64,000 nucleotides of DNA from a virus (Duplodnaviria; Caudoviricetes), in the IMG/VR virus record IMGVR_UViG_3300020598_000119; one strand, given 5' to 3'. The position numbers were made by a program, and so were the translations under genes. Shown in pieces: positions 1 through 10,219 of this stretch (its first letter is position 1; each line of letters starts with the position of its first letter). The notes below the pieces were generated by a model. The model did not search any database and had not been told where the DNA came from. It worked only from the letters and a program-made list of their open reading frames with translations.

Positions 1-201
1 CGACCGATCAATCTGGTAACCGTGATATAGCTGATCCACCTTCACCCGAGTTGCAAGTGGATCGCACGTTGCGGCTATTCCATCTGTAGAAAACATAAAT
101 GGACATAGAAGGAGGAGAAACGCTTTTCGTTCCATAGACTTGTAACCTTAAAAAGGATATATTACATCAACATTATCCGTGAATTAAATAGGAGGTCAAA
201 T

Positions 202-909
202 ATGAGAAATTCCGGTAATCAGTACGCAGATGCATATTTCTACGATGAAGGCCTCAGGAACCATATGGTTTCCACCTACTCGCTCGTAACGCAAGGCCTG
301 GTCGCGACTGCTCTTACCGCTACGGTCGTTGGGGGCACCAATCTGATGGATCTTTTCGTCAGGCCAGAAGGTGGATTTACGGCCCTTGGCACGGTGGTCT
401 CACTTGCACCACTGGCAGTCCTTCTGCTCTTCATGTTCGGCTTCGTAGGAAAAACCCTCGCCTCGACAAAGGCCGTATTTTGGACCCTGGTTCTCCTGCT
501 CGGCCCATCCTTGGCCGTGACCGCTTGGCATTACACAGGAGCATCGGTGATTAATGCAGCACTCGCTGCCATTGCCACCTTCATGGGGGCAAGTCTCTAC
601 GGCTACACGACCAAGAAAAGCTTGGCCAGCATGGGCGCGTTCATGGTGATGGGCCTCATTGGATTGATTGCGGCTTCAATCATCAACATCTTCCTCGGCT
701 CCTCGGCCCTAGATTTCGCTCTGTCCTGCATCGCAGTTCTTATTTTTACGTGTCTGACTGCGTGGGAGACGCAAGAGCTGAAAGCAACTTACGGCCTGAA
801 TCTGCCAAGCGAAGAGACGGAAAAGCTGAAGTATCTCTTCGCCATCAATCTTTACCTGAACATCATTAATCTGTTCAGGTCGATTCTCAACCTGACCGGA
901 AGCAGGTAG
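202..909 (+). CDS. Bax inhibitor-1/YccA family membrane protein
   Basis: About 7 hydrophobic helices, YGYTTKKSLASMG and INLYLNIINLF family motifs; SD GGAGG upstream. Confidence 0.9.
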   Translation: MRNSGNQYADAYFYDEGLRNHMVSTYSLVTQGLVATALTATVVGGTNLMDLFVRPEGGFTALGTVVSLAPLAVLLLFMFGFVGKTLASTKAVFWTLVLLLGPSLAVTAWHYTGASVINAALAAIATFMGASLYGYTTKKSLASMGAFMVMGLIGLIAASIINIFLGSSALDFALSCIAVLIFTCLTAWETQELKATYGLNLPSEETEKLKYLFAINLYLNIINLFRSILNLTGSR

Positions 910-921
910 TTATCAGTTCCA

Positions 922-1869
922 TCAGTCGGTGAGATCATTTCGGAGGCGTTCATACGCCTCCTTTATTTTTGGATCGTCACCTGATGGGATTTGAATAGAC
1001 ACTACTGCAATCAGGTCACCTTTCTCAGTGTCATCCGTATTTTTCCGCATTCCCATATCCTTCAACCGGATGCGCCGACCTTGTGGCGTCCCTCTGGGAA
1101 TGTTGAACGTATACCTTTCCCCATCAGGACCATGGACATCTTTTTTCCCACCTAACACCGCTTCCCAGACATCGAGCTTTAAATGCATCTCGATATCCCT
1201 GCCCAAAACCCTGAAACGAGGGTCAGGCTTCAAAGCGATCAGTAGCTCCAGATCCCCTACCACATTATTATCCTGATTAGAGAAGCCGTTTTCGACGACA
1301 AAGCTATCGTCTGCCAAACAACCAGCGGGAAGGTCAATAACCAGCCCTGCACCAGCCTTAGTTCCGAAACCATGGCATTCCAGGCACTTACGCCGTGTCG
1401 TCTTTCCGCTACCCTCGCAGTGCGAACAAACAATCTTGATCTGCAATGGGCCTCTATCTTTATAGGCCGAATTCCCAGTCCCGCCACAATAGGGGCAGGC
1501 GGTCGGCTGCTTCAGTCTGACAAATCCATCTCCATGGCAGGTGTCGCAATGACCGTGTGCATCATCAATTCGGTAGTGAACTCCATTCATTGCCTCATCA
1601 ATCGTCAGATGAATTACTTTTATCGAATTTACCCGTCTCGGAGACGAGCGATATGAATGGGTAGACGGCCGCTCACTTGCTGCAGGTGCTTGATCCAGAT
1701 TTTCAATGAGCTTGCGGTAAGCATCGTTTAACTCCTTGAACTTCCTCTCTAGAGTTAAATCGTGTCGATTGATATCAGGGTGGCACTCCTTCGCTTTTTT
1801 GCGGAAAGCTGCCGTTATTTCTTGCTTGGAGGCACCGGGTTTTACGCCTAATATCTGGTAAGAATCCAT
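922..1869 (-). CDS. DnaJ-class co-chaperone (J domain, Zn finger, C-terminal domain)
   Basis: HPD motif, four CxxCxGxG repeats, C-terminal GDL motif. Confidence 0.9.
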   Translation of the reverse strand: MDSYQILGVKPGASKQEITAAFRKKAKECHPDINRHDLTLERKFKELNDAYRKLIENLDQAPAASERPSTHSYRSSPRRVNSIKVIHLTIDEAMNGVHYRIDDAHGHCDTCHGDGFVRLKQPTACPYCGGTGNSAYKDRGPLQIKIVCSHCEGSGKTTRRKCLECHGFGTKAGAGLVIDLPAGCLADDSFVVENGFSNQDNNVVGDLELLIALKPDPRFRVLGRDIEMHLKLDVWEAVLGGKKDVHGPDGERYTFNIPRGTPQGRRIRLKDMGMRKNTDDTEKGDLIAVVSIQIPSGDDPKIKEAYERLRNDLTD

Positions 1870-1938
1870 TTTGCACCTTAAATCGACGTTGACTGTAACC
1901 GAGCCATGAGGCTATTTCGTCAACAAAGGAGTTTTCTG

Positions 1939-2652
1939 ATGAAAATGCTAACATCAGCCTTGGCTATTTCTCTAGCCCTTTCTTTGCCGAATACGTCTGT
2001 TGCAGCAGACAGCTTCACAAAGTTGTCCCCAGAAGATCGTAAGGCAATCGTGGGGGAGGTCATTGAGTATTTTAAAACCAATCCCAAGGAACTCGTTGAA
2101 GCCATAATGGAATGGCGACAAAAGGCAGAGACAGCCGCAGTGACGCCAAAGTTCCCAACGCCAGTATCAGGAAATCAAACGGGTGATGTCACAATTTTTG
2201 AGTTTCCAGACTATGGTTGCGATGCCTGCAACACAGTTTCAAAAATAATCGACAAGGTAGCGTCGGACGATAATGGCGTCGGTATTGTTCATCATGATCT
2301 TCCGAGAAGCGGTAACGTGATGGCCGTCCAAGCGTCGAGTGAGATAATTGCGGCAAATGCGGCAGGCGCAGATTGGAAACACTTGAGACGGGTATTCCTA
2401 AATGAAGGAATACAACCTGAGACACGCCTGAAGGCACTTAATGACCTTGGCTTGGTGCCGCTGTCTCTCGATACCCCATCAGCAGCGCTCAATATCCGGA
2501 GCAACAACGAACTCGCCAAGAAGACAGGCCTGCAATCACAGCCTGCAATAGTCATTGCGGTAGGCGATAAAGTCCAAGCTCTCAATGGAAACATCACCGA
2601 GATAATGGTTCTCGATGCAATAAAAGCGCTGAGAGCCGCACATTCAAAGTAA
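1939..2652 (+). CDS. Periplasmic DsbA/ScsC-like thioredoxin-fold protein
   Basis: Signal peptide, N-terminal YFKTNPKELVEA helix, EFPDYGCDAC CxxC motif; start uncertain (1906 or 1939). Confidence 0.75.
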   Translation: MKMLTSALAISLALSLPNTSVAADSFTKLSPEDRKAIVGEVIEYFKTNPKELVEAIMEWRQKAETAAVTPKFPTPVSGNQTGDVTIFEFPDYGCDACNTVSKIIDKVASDDNGVGIVHHDLPRSGNVMAVQASSEIIAANAAGADWKHLRRVFLNEGIQPETRLKALNDLGLVPLSLDTPSAALNIRSNNELAKKTGLQSQPAIVIAVGDKVQALNGNITEIMVLDAIKALRAAHSK

Positions 2653-2705
2653 GACAGAAGGCTGGAATTTTGGTTCCAGCCTTCTGTCTTTTAGACATAT
2701 CGCGG

Positions 2706-3788
2706 TTAATTTGCGTCAATCACATTCTTCTTAGGCTTAGATGCCATACTCCAAGCGGCATAGGCCAAGCCGCCCATATTGATCATCGACAGTCCAACGG
2801 CCAAGCTTATGTTGACGTCAGGCGTCCACCCCAGATAGCTCGCCGACAACAGGGCAAAGCCACCAACGCACGCAGAAATTAGACCCAAACGTGCGGCCCG
2901 TTGCGCGAGCAATGCGCCAGCTACGCACAGCATGCCGACAAGTGTCAGAAGCAGGAAGCTATCGAGATACTTCATTTCTTCAAACGGCATAGATGCAATC
3001 GGGAGGTAATAACCGTACTGGTATATCAATGCGCTAAATACAAGGAAGGCGTTAGTACCCAAAACGGTACGCGTGTGGATGCTTGGCGGGTCCAGCTCTT
3101 TCACATGACCAAGCAGAGCATTGATCAGGATCATCACAACCAAGGGGGTCCCGAGTCCTGCTAAAACGGCCTTCCAGCCTGCAGGAGAAGTGTCTTCTGG
3201 TTCCCAGTTAATAGGAACGACCATATGAGCAGCAGACGACCTGAGAGTGGTGATTTCCTGGGCCATCTGTACCCATCTTGACCGCAGGTTCTGAGATGAA
3301 GGAGAGACAAAGTCGGCAATCAGGATGCAATCTGGTGTAAAGAGGGCCTCCATATGCCCCACCAGCGCATCTCCGACCTTATCAATCTTAGTCTCTTCAA
3401 CGACCACCGACGCCACGGGATCATGAGGATGAACGGACTTCTCAGCCCATCGTCCTTGTGCCTTTGCCTTGCCCACCATAAAGCCAGCGAACTCATCGAC
3501 CTTGGCTACGTATGCACTTCGGGATATGTTTCCAACGGGATCGGCGCGGCCGAATGAAAGACTGACAACCATACGTGGATCATCCACATGACTAAAAACC
3601 ACTGATCCGTCTTTTTGTTTTTCCGGCGATTTAACTAGACGCGTGTTGAAATACGAACTCGATGCGACCACTTGGTTCACATCGAGCCTACACATCGCCT
3701 GAGCGGGAACCATCCCGAATAATATGATAAATACGCCGATTATAAAAGCCAACGAATTTTTCATAAAAGAATTACCTCCCGATGCCAC
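2706..3788 (-). CDS. Hypothetical membrane protein (signal peptide, periplasmic domain, about 5 C-terminal TM helices)
   Basis: 360-aa ORF, hydrophobicity pattern. Confidence 0.7.
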   Translation of the reverse strand: MASGGNSFMKNSLAFIIGVFIILFGMVPAQAMCRLDVNQVVASSSYFNTRLVKSPEKQKDGSVVFSHVDDPRMVVSLSFGRADPVGNISRSAYVAKVDEFAGFMVGKAKAQGRWAEKSVHPHDPVASVVVEETKIDKVGDALVGHMEALFTPDCILIADFVSPSSQNLRSRWVQMAQEITTLRSSAAHMVVPINWEPEDTSPAGWKAVLAGLGTPLVVMILINALLGHVKELDPPSIHTRTVLGTNAFLVFSALIYQYGYYLPIASMPFEEMKYLDSFLLLTLVGMLCVAGALLAQRAARLGLISACVGGFALLSASYLGWTPDVNISLAVGLSMINMGGLAYAAWSMASKPKKNVIDAN

Positions 3789-3905
3789 TGATGCGACAAT
3801 TGTGCGCCCTCATAAATCTGAATTTATATTGAAATCTTGTTTTCAGTCTTGCGCAAGCGGCGATTTAAGCGCAATATTTTTTGCGTTTTTAGAGAAGGAA
3901 GATCA

Positions 3906-6368
3906 ATGCATTTTAAGCGACCGCCTGCAGAAGCATTCTCCTACAAAAATAAGGCTTCAGGCGTAACTTCAAAGGCGTCGACGCCGAACAATTTGGGCAA
4001 TAGTCAGGGCGATCTTTTTGGTGCGGCTCCCAAACCTGCGTCGACAGGTTTTAGCCGACCGAATTCGTCCTCAGGTTTTGGCCTGAAAAAGTCTGTTCAG
4101 CCGGAGCAGTATGAGGACATCTCGTTGCCGCAAGCATCAGTCGCAAAAGCACCTGCTTCTCAACCTGTAGCTCCAGCCGAACCTACTTTGCAGGAAGTAA
4201 TTGGTAGGGTTGAGCGTGTGATCTATGAGACGTCTGACGGTTACGCCGTTTATAGCGTCAAAATCGACGGTGGAAAATCTACGACCGTTGCGGTGACCAG
4301 CAACATCAAGGCCAAGCGCGGTGACCGTATTGTCGCAAAAGGACAGTGGTCTCAGTACAAGGGTAAGGAAACCTTCAAAGCTGCGATTTTCATGATGGAA
4401 ATCGCGAAAGGGGCGAAAGGTGTCGTGGCCTGGCTTAAGATGGGTTCTGTTCCTGGCGTCGGCAAATCGACAGCCGAAAAGATCGCAAAGTTCTTTGGCG
4501 ATGCCATTCTAGAGGCCGTTGTAGACCCGAACGAACTCGTAAAATCGGGCATTCCTATGCGTCGCGCTGAGGCAATTGCGGAAGCTTGGAACAGCAACGC
4601 AGCCCAACCTGAACTGATCGAATTTCTCGGCCGCTTCGGGCTTGGCGAAATGACTATCGGCAAGATCATCAAACGCTACGGTGCGGCAGCTCGCCGGGTG
4701 ATCCAGACACGACCATGGGAACTCGCTGAGACCATCGATGGCATTGGATTTGCCACAGCAGACGAAATTGCTCTCGATGCAGGACACGCCAAGGATAGCC
4801 CTGCTCGTCTCAATTCAGGTGTTCGCTACGCGCTTGACCAGAAGACAGGTCGAGAAGGACATTGTGGACTGACTATGGAAGCTCTCGTTGGCGAGGCGCG
4901 ACGCCTGTTGCAGGTCGATGAGGCACTGATCGAGGAAGCGATCATCACCGTCGTCAAAGAAGGCGGCATCGTCGATGACAAGGTGACAGGCCTCCTCTAC
5001 ACCGAAGGCCTCTACCAAGCCGAAAGCAGACTCGCAAAGCGTCTGCTGGACATGGTGAAAAGCGGACCTCGCATCCCAGAAGAACTCGCTCGCAAGGTCG
5101 TTGAAGAAGCTGTTGTCGAGCTGAAGGTCAATCGCGATGACAGCCAGGTCAACGCTGCCGTGATGGCTGTTATGAATCCAATTTCGATCATCACGGGTGG
5201 CCCAGGCACTGGTAAGTCGACAACCCAGAAAGTCATCGTCCACGCAATCGAAAAGCTGGAGCAAGAAACCATTCTTGCCGCTCCCACTGGTCGTGCAGCA
5301 AAGCGCCTGTATGAGGCCTCAGGGCATCCGGCAAGCACCTGTCACCGCCTTCTTAGCTTTTCAGCAGACAAGGGCGGCTTCGAATACGATGCATCCAATC
5401 CGTTCCCAGAAGATCGTATCATCATCGACGAATTTTCGATGGTCGATATTCGGCTAGGACAAGCATTTATGGATGCCGTATCAGTGCATGCAGCCGTAAC
5501 CATTGTCGGCGACGTCGACCAGCTCCCGTCCGTGGGTGCAGGTCAGGTGCTACGCGATCTGATTCAGTCCGGCGTGATCCCTGTTGCTCGCCTGCAGACG
5601 GTTCATCGTCAGTCGGGTGACAGCGGGATCGTCGTCGCGGCGGCTAACATCAATGCTGGCGAACATCCTCTCAATGGCCGCGATGTCTTGAACGGCTTCG
5701 AGGTGTTTTCAGATACCAAGGCTGTTGGAGATCCCGAGTCATTCGCAAAAACTGTCGTGGATTTCATGTCGGTCAAAGTGAAAGAGCTTGGTTTTGATCC
5801 AATTTCGGATGTGCAGGTTCTATCGCCTATGCGCGTTGGCGATCTGGGAATTCTCGCTTTGAACCAGAAGCTCAAGGAGGCTCTAAATCCATCGAGCAAC
5901 GCTAAGACCGTGGAAATTCGCAAACGTGAGTTCTCGGTCGGCGACCGTGTCATGCACCTGAAAAACGACTATGTGAAAAAGGTCTATAACGGTGAAGTAG
6001 GGACGATCCTGCGCGTCGGCAAGCGCCCGAACAAAGACAACAATGAAGAACCATATCTGGTTGTCGATTATTCAGGTTTCGAAGCCTTCTACGGCCCTGA
6101 CGACATTCATGACATCGAACTGGCATGGGCCGCTACGGTCCATAAAAGTCAAGGGTGTGAATTTCCAGTCGTCATCTTCGTTTGCCCATGGGCGCACAAG
6201 CACATGCTGACACGCAACCTGATCTACACCGCCGTGACGCGCGCCAAGAAGCTCTGCATTGTTGTCGGCCACGATCAGGCTGTCTTACACTCTGTGAGAA
6301 CGACCGAGGCCAACGAACGCTTTACGGGCTTGTCTGCGCGTCTAAAAGAAGGCAAACAGGTAGCCTGA
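3906..6368 (+). CDS. recD2: RecD2-like SF1B DNA helicase
   Basis: OB and HhH N-terminal region, GGPGTGKS Walker A, DEFSM, GDVDQLPSVG, TVHKSQG, YTAVTRA; start placed after SD GAAGGA. Confidence 0.92.
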   Translation: MHFKRPPAEAFSYKNKASGVTSKASTPNNLGNSQGDLFGAAPKPASTGFSRPNSSSGFGLKKSVQPEQYEDISLPQASVAKAPASQPVAPAEPTLQEVIGRVERVIYETSDGYAVYSVKIDGGKSTTVAVTSNIKAKRGDRIVAKGQWSQYKGKETFKAAIFMMEIAKGAKGVVAWLKMGSVPGVGKSTAEKIAKFFGDAILEAVVDPNELVKSGIPMRRAEAIAEAWNSNAAQPELIEFLGRFGLGEMTIGKIIKRYGAAARRVIQTRPWELAETIDGIGFATADEIALDAGHAKDSPARLNSGVRYALDQKTGREGHCGLTMEALVGEARRLLQVDEALIEEAIITVVKEGGIVDDKVTGLLYTEGLYQAESRLAKRLLDMVKSGPRIPEELARKVVEEAVVELKVNRDDSQVNAAVMAVMNPISIITGGPGTGKSTTQKVIVHAIEKLEQETILAAPTGRAAKRLYEASGHPASTCHRLLSFSADKGGFEYDASNPFPEDRIIIDEFSMVDIRLGQAFMDAVSVHAAVTIVGDVDQLPSVGAGQVLRDLIQSGVIPVARLQTVHRQSGDSGIVVAAANINAGEHPLNGRDVLNGFEVFSDTKAVGDPESFAKTVVDFMSVKVKELGFDPISDVQVLSPMRVGDLGILALNQKLKEALNPSSNAKTVEIRKREFSVGDRVMHLKNDYVKKVYNGEVGTILRVGKRPNKDNNEEPYLVVDYSGFEAFYGPDDIHDIELAWAATVHKSQGCEFPVVIFVCPWAHKHMLTRNLIYTAVTRAKKLCIVVGHDQAVLHSVRTTEANERFTGLSARLKEGKQVA

Positions 6369-6423
6369 ATTCAAAAATGCAAATGACAGCGCTACAATAG
6401 ATGAAATCGTGAGGTAAGGTTCC

Positions 6424-7557
6424 ATGATTCATCTATTGGATGCACCCATTGCGCCACAGAATAAGTCTGAAAACATTGATGCGAGAAGCAGTCTTTTCGC
6501 GTCCGAAACCATTCATTCTGTCACGTCGGACGACGGACGCATCTGGGGACCATTCACCTCATTACAAGCATCTAAGAACTGGATCAAATTCTACTCGACT
6601 CATCGGCATAGGATTTTCACCGCTCGTGATCTCTACGAAGGCGCAATTCAGGGCGATGCAATCTCACTAATATCAGCATCCGCTTTCGAATTTGGCACCC
6701 ACCCCTTCACCGAGATTTATGACTTCTTAGAACGTCATGACAACGGGCGCGTCGTTCTTGATTTGCCGTCCAGCACCAAAGCTGTAGCAGCCAACACGGT
6801 TGTCTTGGTTGACAGACCCATGCCTAGTCATCGCATTCGGCACTTACCAAGCCCGATTACCCCTCCAGAATACGCAAACATTCGCTTTGGCATAAAGATG
6901 TCCATACCCGCCAAGGATCGGGGTGAGATAGTCATCTTCGAAGACGACAAAAACATACTCGTTGGATGGAGGCCAGACACCCGACACACGCGAGACATCA
7001 AGGTTCTAAGTCAGCACGACTTTATGGAAGCGGCTGAATCAGAAGCCAGACAGATAGCTAAACGATTTGATCCTCCGGCTCGGGGAAAGTCGAACCGTAT
7101 TCGCGATTACCAGCGTGAATTAGTCTATCGGTGGGAATGGACGTTTGATTACAAAAATGAGCAATTCAATACGATTGATGAATGTAGAGCTTACGCCGAT
7201 CAGGTTTGCGAGGAGTTAGGCGTCAAGGAAGTGCCGATCAAAGCAGGGCCATCGAATTTAGAAACTCATAGCTACTTCTCTGCGACCAAAGGAATAGTGC
7301 TCGCCAGCCACATGATGAACAGTGGCACAATAATCCATGAACTCGCCCATTATGTAGTGAAATTAGATCGAAAAGTTCGTGAAGCTTCGCATGGACCGAC
7401 ATTTGTCGGAACACTTGCGGCTATGTACGCCAAATTCTTGGATGCCGATCTGGATGAGGCGTTCCTGTCTGCTCGAAATCTCGGAATTGATTGCAATGAG
7501 GAAAAGGGAAGGGAGCTTTTCGAAAAGATGGAGGAAAAGTCGTCATTCAAGCCGTAG
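6424..7557 (+). CDS. Hypothetical protein with C-terminal HExxH zinc metallopeptidase-like domain
   Basis: IIHELAH...HGPTF motif (SprT/WLM-like). Confidence 0.65.
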   Translation: MIHLLDAPIAPQNKSENIDARSSLFASETIHSVTSDDGRIWGPFTSLQASKNWIKFYSTHRHRIFTARDLYEGAIQGDAISLISASAFEFGTHPFTEIYDFLERHDNGRVVLDLPSSTKAVAANTVVLVDRPMPSHRIRHLPSPITPPEYANIRFGIKMSIPAKDRGEIVIFEDDKNILVGWRPDTRHTRDIKVLSQHDFMEAAESEARQIAKRFDPPARGKSNRIRDYQRELVYRWEWTFDYKNEQFNTIDECRAYADQVCEELGVKEVPIKAGPSNLETHSYFSATKGIVLASHMMNSGTIIHELAHYVVKLDRKVREASHGPTFVGTLAAMYAKFLDADLDEAFLSARNLGIDCNEEKGRELFEKMEEKSSFKP

Positions 7558-7615
7558 GAGTTTAGATATATTCAAAAAGATTGACTACGATTGACGAAAG
7601 GATCGGTCAATTCAC

Positions 7616-8374
7616 ATGCATCAGAAATTCAAAACTTCAGACCATATTACTGACTATGCAATTGGCGACGTCCACGGCTGTGTTGAGCAGCTCAGGATCG
7701 CACTCGATTGGTGCGCCGCCGACGCTTTACAAAGCGGGACCAGAGGCAGAGTGCATTTGCTTGGTGACTACGTCGACCGAGGCCCAAGCTCCAGAGAAGT
7801 CATAAACCTCTTGATTGCAGGACCTCAAGAAAGTCACATGTCCTGGCATCCCATCAAGGGGAATCATGACGACATGTTCTCGTCTGTCTGGTTCGACCCT
7901 TCACACAATCTGGCAACAGCATGGTGGGAGCATGGTGGGCAACAAACTCTGCAGAGTTACGGCTGGAACCCGCTCTACAACCCGATCCCAGATACCTTGG
8001 ATGAGTTTGTTCCAGAGGAACATGCTGAATTCCTGCGGTCGCTTCCCATGACGGCGGAAACTGACACGCACATCTACGTCCATGCTGGGCTAAGGCCAGG
8101 CGTCGATCTGGAGAAGCAGTCGCTCCATGACATGATGTGGATCAGAGGCGAGTTCAATCGCTCGTCTCATGACTTCGGAAAGGTCGTCGTATACGGCCAC
8201 ACGCCCGATAAGAAGAACCCTTGCGATTATGGGAACAGGATCGCAATGGACAGCGGCTGTTTCGGTAGCGGCGTACTGTCGGTCGTAGCTTTCGACGATA
8301 GCGGGCGCAATCTTCGCTTCCAAACCATAACCCTTGAAAGCACGGTCGAGAACGTAGCTTCACCAAAACCCTGA
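7616..8374 (+). CDS. Ser/Thr phosphatase-type metallophosphoesterase (PPP/NinI-like)
   Basis: GDVHG, GDYVDRG, GNHD, VHAG, GHTP motifs. Confidence 0.9.
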   Translation: MHQKFKTSDHITDYAIGDVHGCVEQLRIALDWCAADALQSGTRGRVHLLGDYVDRGPSSREVINLLIAGPQESHMSWHPIKGNHDDMFSSVWFDPSHNLATAWWEHGGQQTLQSYGWNPLYNPIPDTLDEFVPEEHAEFLRSLPMTAETDTHIYVHAGLRPGVDLEKQSLHDMMWIRGEFNRSSHDFGKVVVYGHTPDKKNPCDYGNRIAMDSGCFGSGVLSVVAFDDSGRNLRFQTITLESTVENVASPKP

Positions 8375-8510
8375 TAGTTTGCGAGCCTGTCAAACTGTCA
8401 GGTTGGTTGCCCCATACACCTCGGTAGCGTGCATTCCAACCATCCTAACTCTCATCGAGAGAAAACGCAGAGTTTGTCAGTCACACAAACTGATAGTTTT
8501 GCAGACAAAC

Positions 8511-8538
8511 AAAAAGTGGCCCGAAGGCCACCATTCTC
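8511..8538. terminator. Intrinsic terminator hairpin
   Basis: AAAAA-GTGGCC-CGAA-GGCCAC; U-tract on the minus strand after the ORF ending at 8556. Confidence 0.6.
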
Positions 8539-8555
8539 TTCCATGCTGGAGCCGT

Positions 8556-9488
8556 TTAGCCTGGACGGCCAAACCCACCTGGGCGACCAAACCCGCCACC
8601 CATAGGACGACCAAAGCCAGTTGGCTTTGAAGCTGGGGCAGGAGCTGGCTTAACGGATGCTTCAGGAGCCTCCTCTTCGACCGGCGCTGCAGGCTCATCA
8701 TCAAGCACGTCCGACTGGCTTTCATCCAAGCCTTCCTCGGCTTCGTTACCAGCAGGCGCGTCTTCAGCTAACGGCTCATCGTCAACCACTTCACCGAAAA
8801 CGTAATCGTCTTCGTCAGCAGGTGCTTCTTGGCCAACGCCGGATACCTCAGCAACCTCCTCGTGAGCAGCCTCCTCCTTAGGGGCGTCACCAGCGAACTG
8901 CATCGCGTCTTCAACGCGGTTCATAGAAGAGAACTTCTTCAAAGCAGTCGCCTCAGGCGACGCAGAAGGCTCCTCAGCCGAAGAGACGTCGAAATCGTCC
9001 GGAATTTCATCATACCGATTGAGGCTTTCAACGATCTCCGAAACTTCATCGATCATGTTGCAAGTACGCCCCGCTTGCGCGAGCAACTCACGATAGGCGG
9101 AACGGAAATCGCCGTCCGCTCGGAATGCCTCGGCACGATGAAAAGCAGCCAAAGAATCCTGGCGAATTTTTTGGAGTTCTAGAGCTGGGCCAAGGAGGAA
9201 TTGAAACTGATCGATCTCAAATTGTCGATAAGTAAACTTCTTACCTTCCTTCTCATGCTCTCTATTTTTCCAATCACCATGAAGGTCAACGGTAACACTG
9301 CGCTCAGACAGGTCCGTAGTTGGATCGCAAATTTTATAAAGGCTTTTCAAAATATTATCGGCCGTAAACCCAAACGCAATAGCCTGGCTTTTACGGCCAT
9401 TCTTATCAAAACCATTAAGAGCGATCCGAGTGCGGCCATTAGATGCAACACTCTGACTGACTGACTTAATCTCTAGGAGTAATCGCAT
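8556..9488 (-). CDS. Hypothetical protein, possible OB-fold ssDNA-binding N-terminus with long acidic tail
   Basis: Beta-rich N-terminus (VTVDLHGDWKNREHEKEGKKFTYRQF), D/E-rich linker, C-terminal GFGRP repeats; start at MRLLL inferred. Confidence 0.55.
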   Translation of the reverse strand: MRLLLEIKSVSQSVASNGRTRIALNGFDKNGRKSQAIAFGFTADNILKSLYKICDPTTDLSERSVTVDLHGDWKNREHEKEGKKFTYRQFEIDQFQFLLGPALELQKIRQDSLAAFHRAEAFRADGDFRSAYRELLAQAGRTCNMIDEVSEIVESLNRYDEIPDDFDVSSAEEPSASPEATALKKFSSMNRVEDAMQFAGDAPKEEAAHEEVAEVSGVGQEAPADEDDYVFGEVVDDEPLAEDAPAGNEAEEGLDESQSDVLDDEPAAPVEEEAPEASVKPAPAPASKPTGFGRPMGGGFGRPGGFGRPG

Positions 9489-9664
9489 ACCCACAATCTC
9501 CATATCAAAAAATGCTCGATTTCCTTCATAGTCGTCGTTATTTTTGCAAGGAACCAGAACGCCATTTCCGATCAAAAGGTCAAAAATTCAACACAGCTAT
9601 TGCGACGAGACAACTGTGGTGGTTTCATAAATTATAAGAGGTCTCTTCAGAGAGGATATTTGTC

Positions 9665-10141
9665 ATGATCAAAACCGCCACCCTGTGTGCCACTATTATT
9701 TTGGGGACGGTTTACGCGTCTGCAGCCCAACAAAGCTTTGATGATTGGTCCGTGTTTTCAGGGAACGGGGCATGCTGGGCAAGCACAATGCCACATCATA
9801 GTGAGAGTACCTTCGAAAATCGAAGCACTCCATATTTATCAATCCAGAATCATCCATCTGAGGGCGTGAGAGGCTCGATAGCCGTCACCAATGGCGGCGT
9901 TGATGCAAGCCAAATGAAGGCGGTCATTGACGTAGACGGCAAGCAATTCGCTACTCTCACCTACGCAGAAGCTGCTTTTGTTGGAACGGGCAAACCAGAG
10001 ACGAACCTTACTGCCGCCATGCTACGCGGAAAAGAGTTCAAAGTTACTTGGACGGACAAAGACGGGAAAAGCGCCGAAGACAGATATAGCCTGACAGGGT
10101 TTTCAGCCGCAAAAAACGAAATTGACCAAAACTGCAAATAA
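9665..10141 (+). CDS. IalB (invasion-associated locus B)-like exported protein
   Basis: Signal peptide, FDDWSVF...CWAST, DRYSLTGFSAA...C motif. Confidence 0.75.
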   Translation: MIKTATLCATIILGTVYASAAQQSFDDWSVFSGNGACWASTMPHHSESTFENRSTPYLSIQNHPSEGVRGSIAVTNGGVDASQMKAVIDVDGKQFATLTYAEAAFVGTGKPETNLTAAMLRGKEFKVTWTDKDGKSAEDRYSLTGFSAAKNEIDQNCK

Positions 10142-10157
10142 GAAAACCAATTTAACG

Positions 10158-10195
10158 AAAAAGGCCAGCAAGAGGACTTCTTAGCTGGCCTTTTT
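10158..10195. terminator. Bidirectional intrinsic terminator
   Basis: AAAAAGGCCAGC...GCTGGCCTTTTT between convergent genes. Confidence 0.8.
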
Positions 10196-10219
10196 GTTGT
10201 TCATTTTTGAGGAAAGCAT

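Noticed and set aside
1-106. Possible minus-strand gene start running off the window (MSIYVSTDG...)
   Set aside because: No SD and too short to evaluate.
8373-8510. Hairpin-rich intergenic region between convergent genes
   Set aside because: No promoter or recognisable motif; may be 3' UTR or terminator structure.
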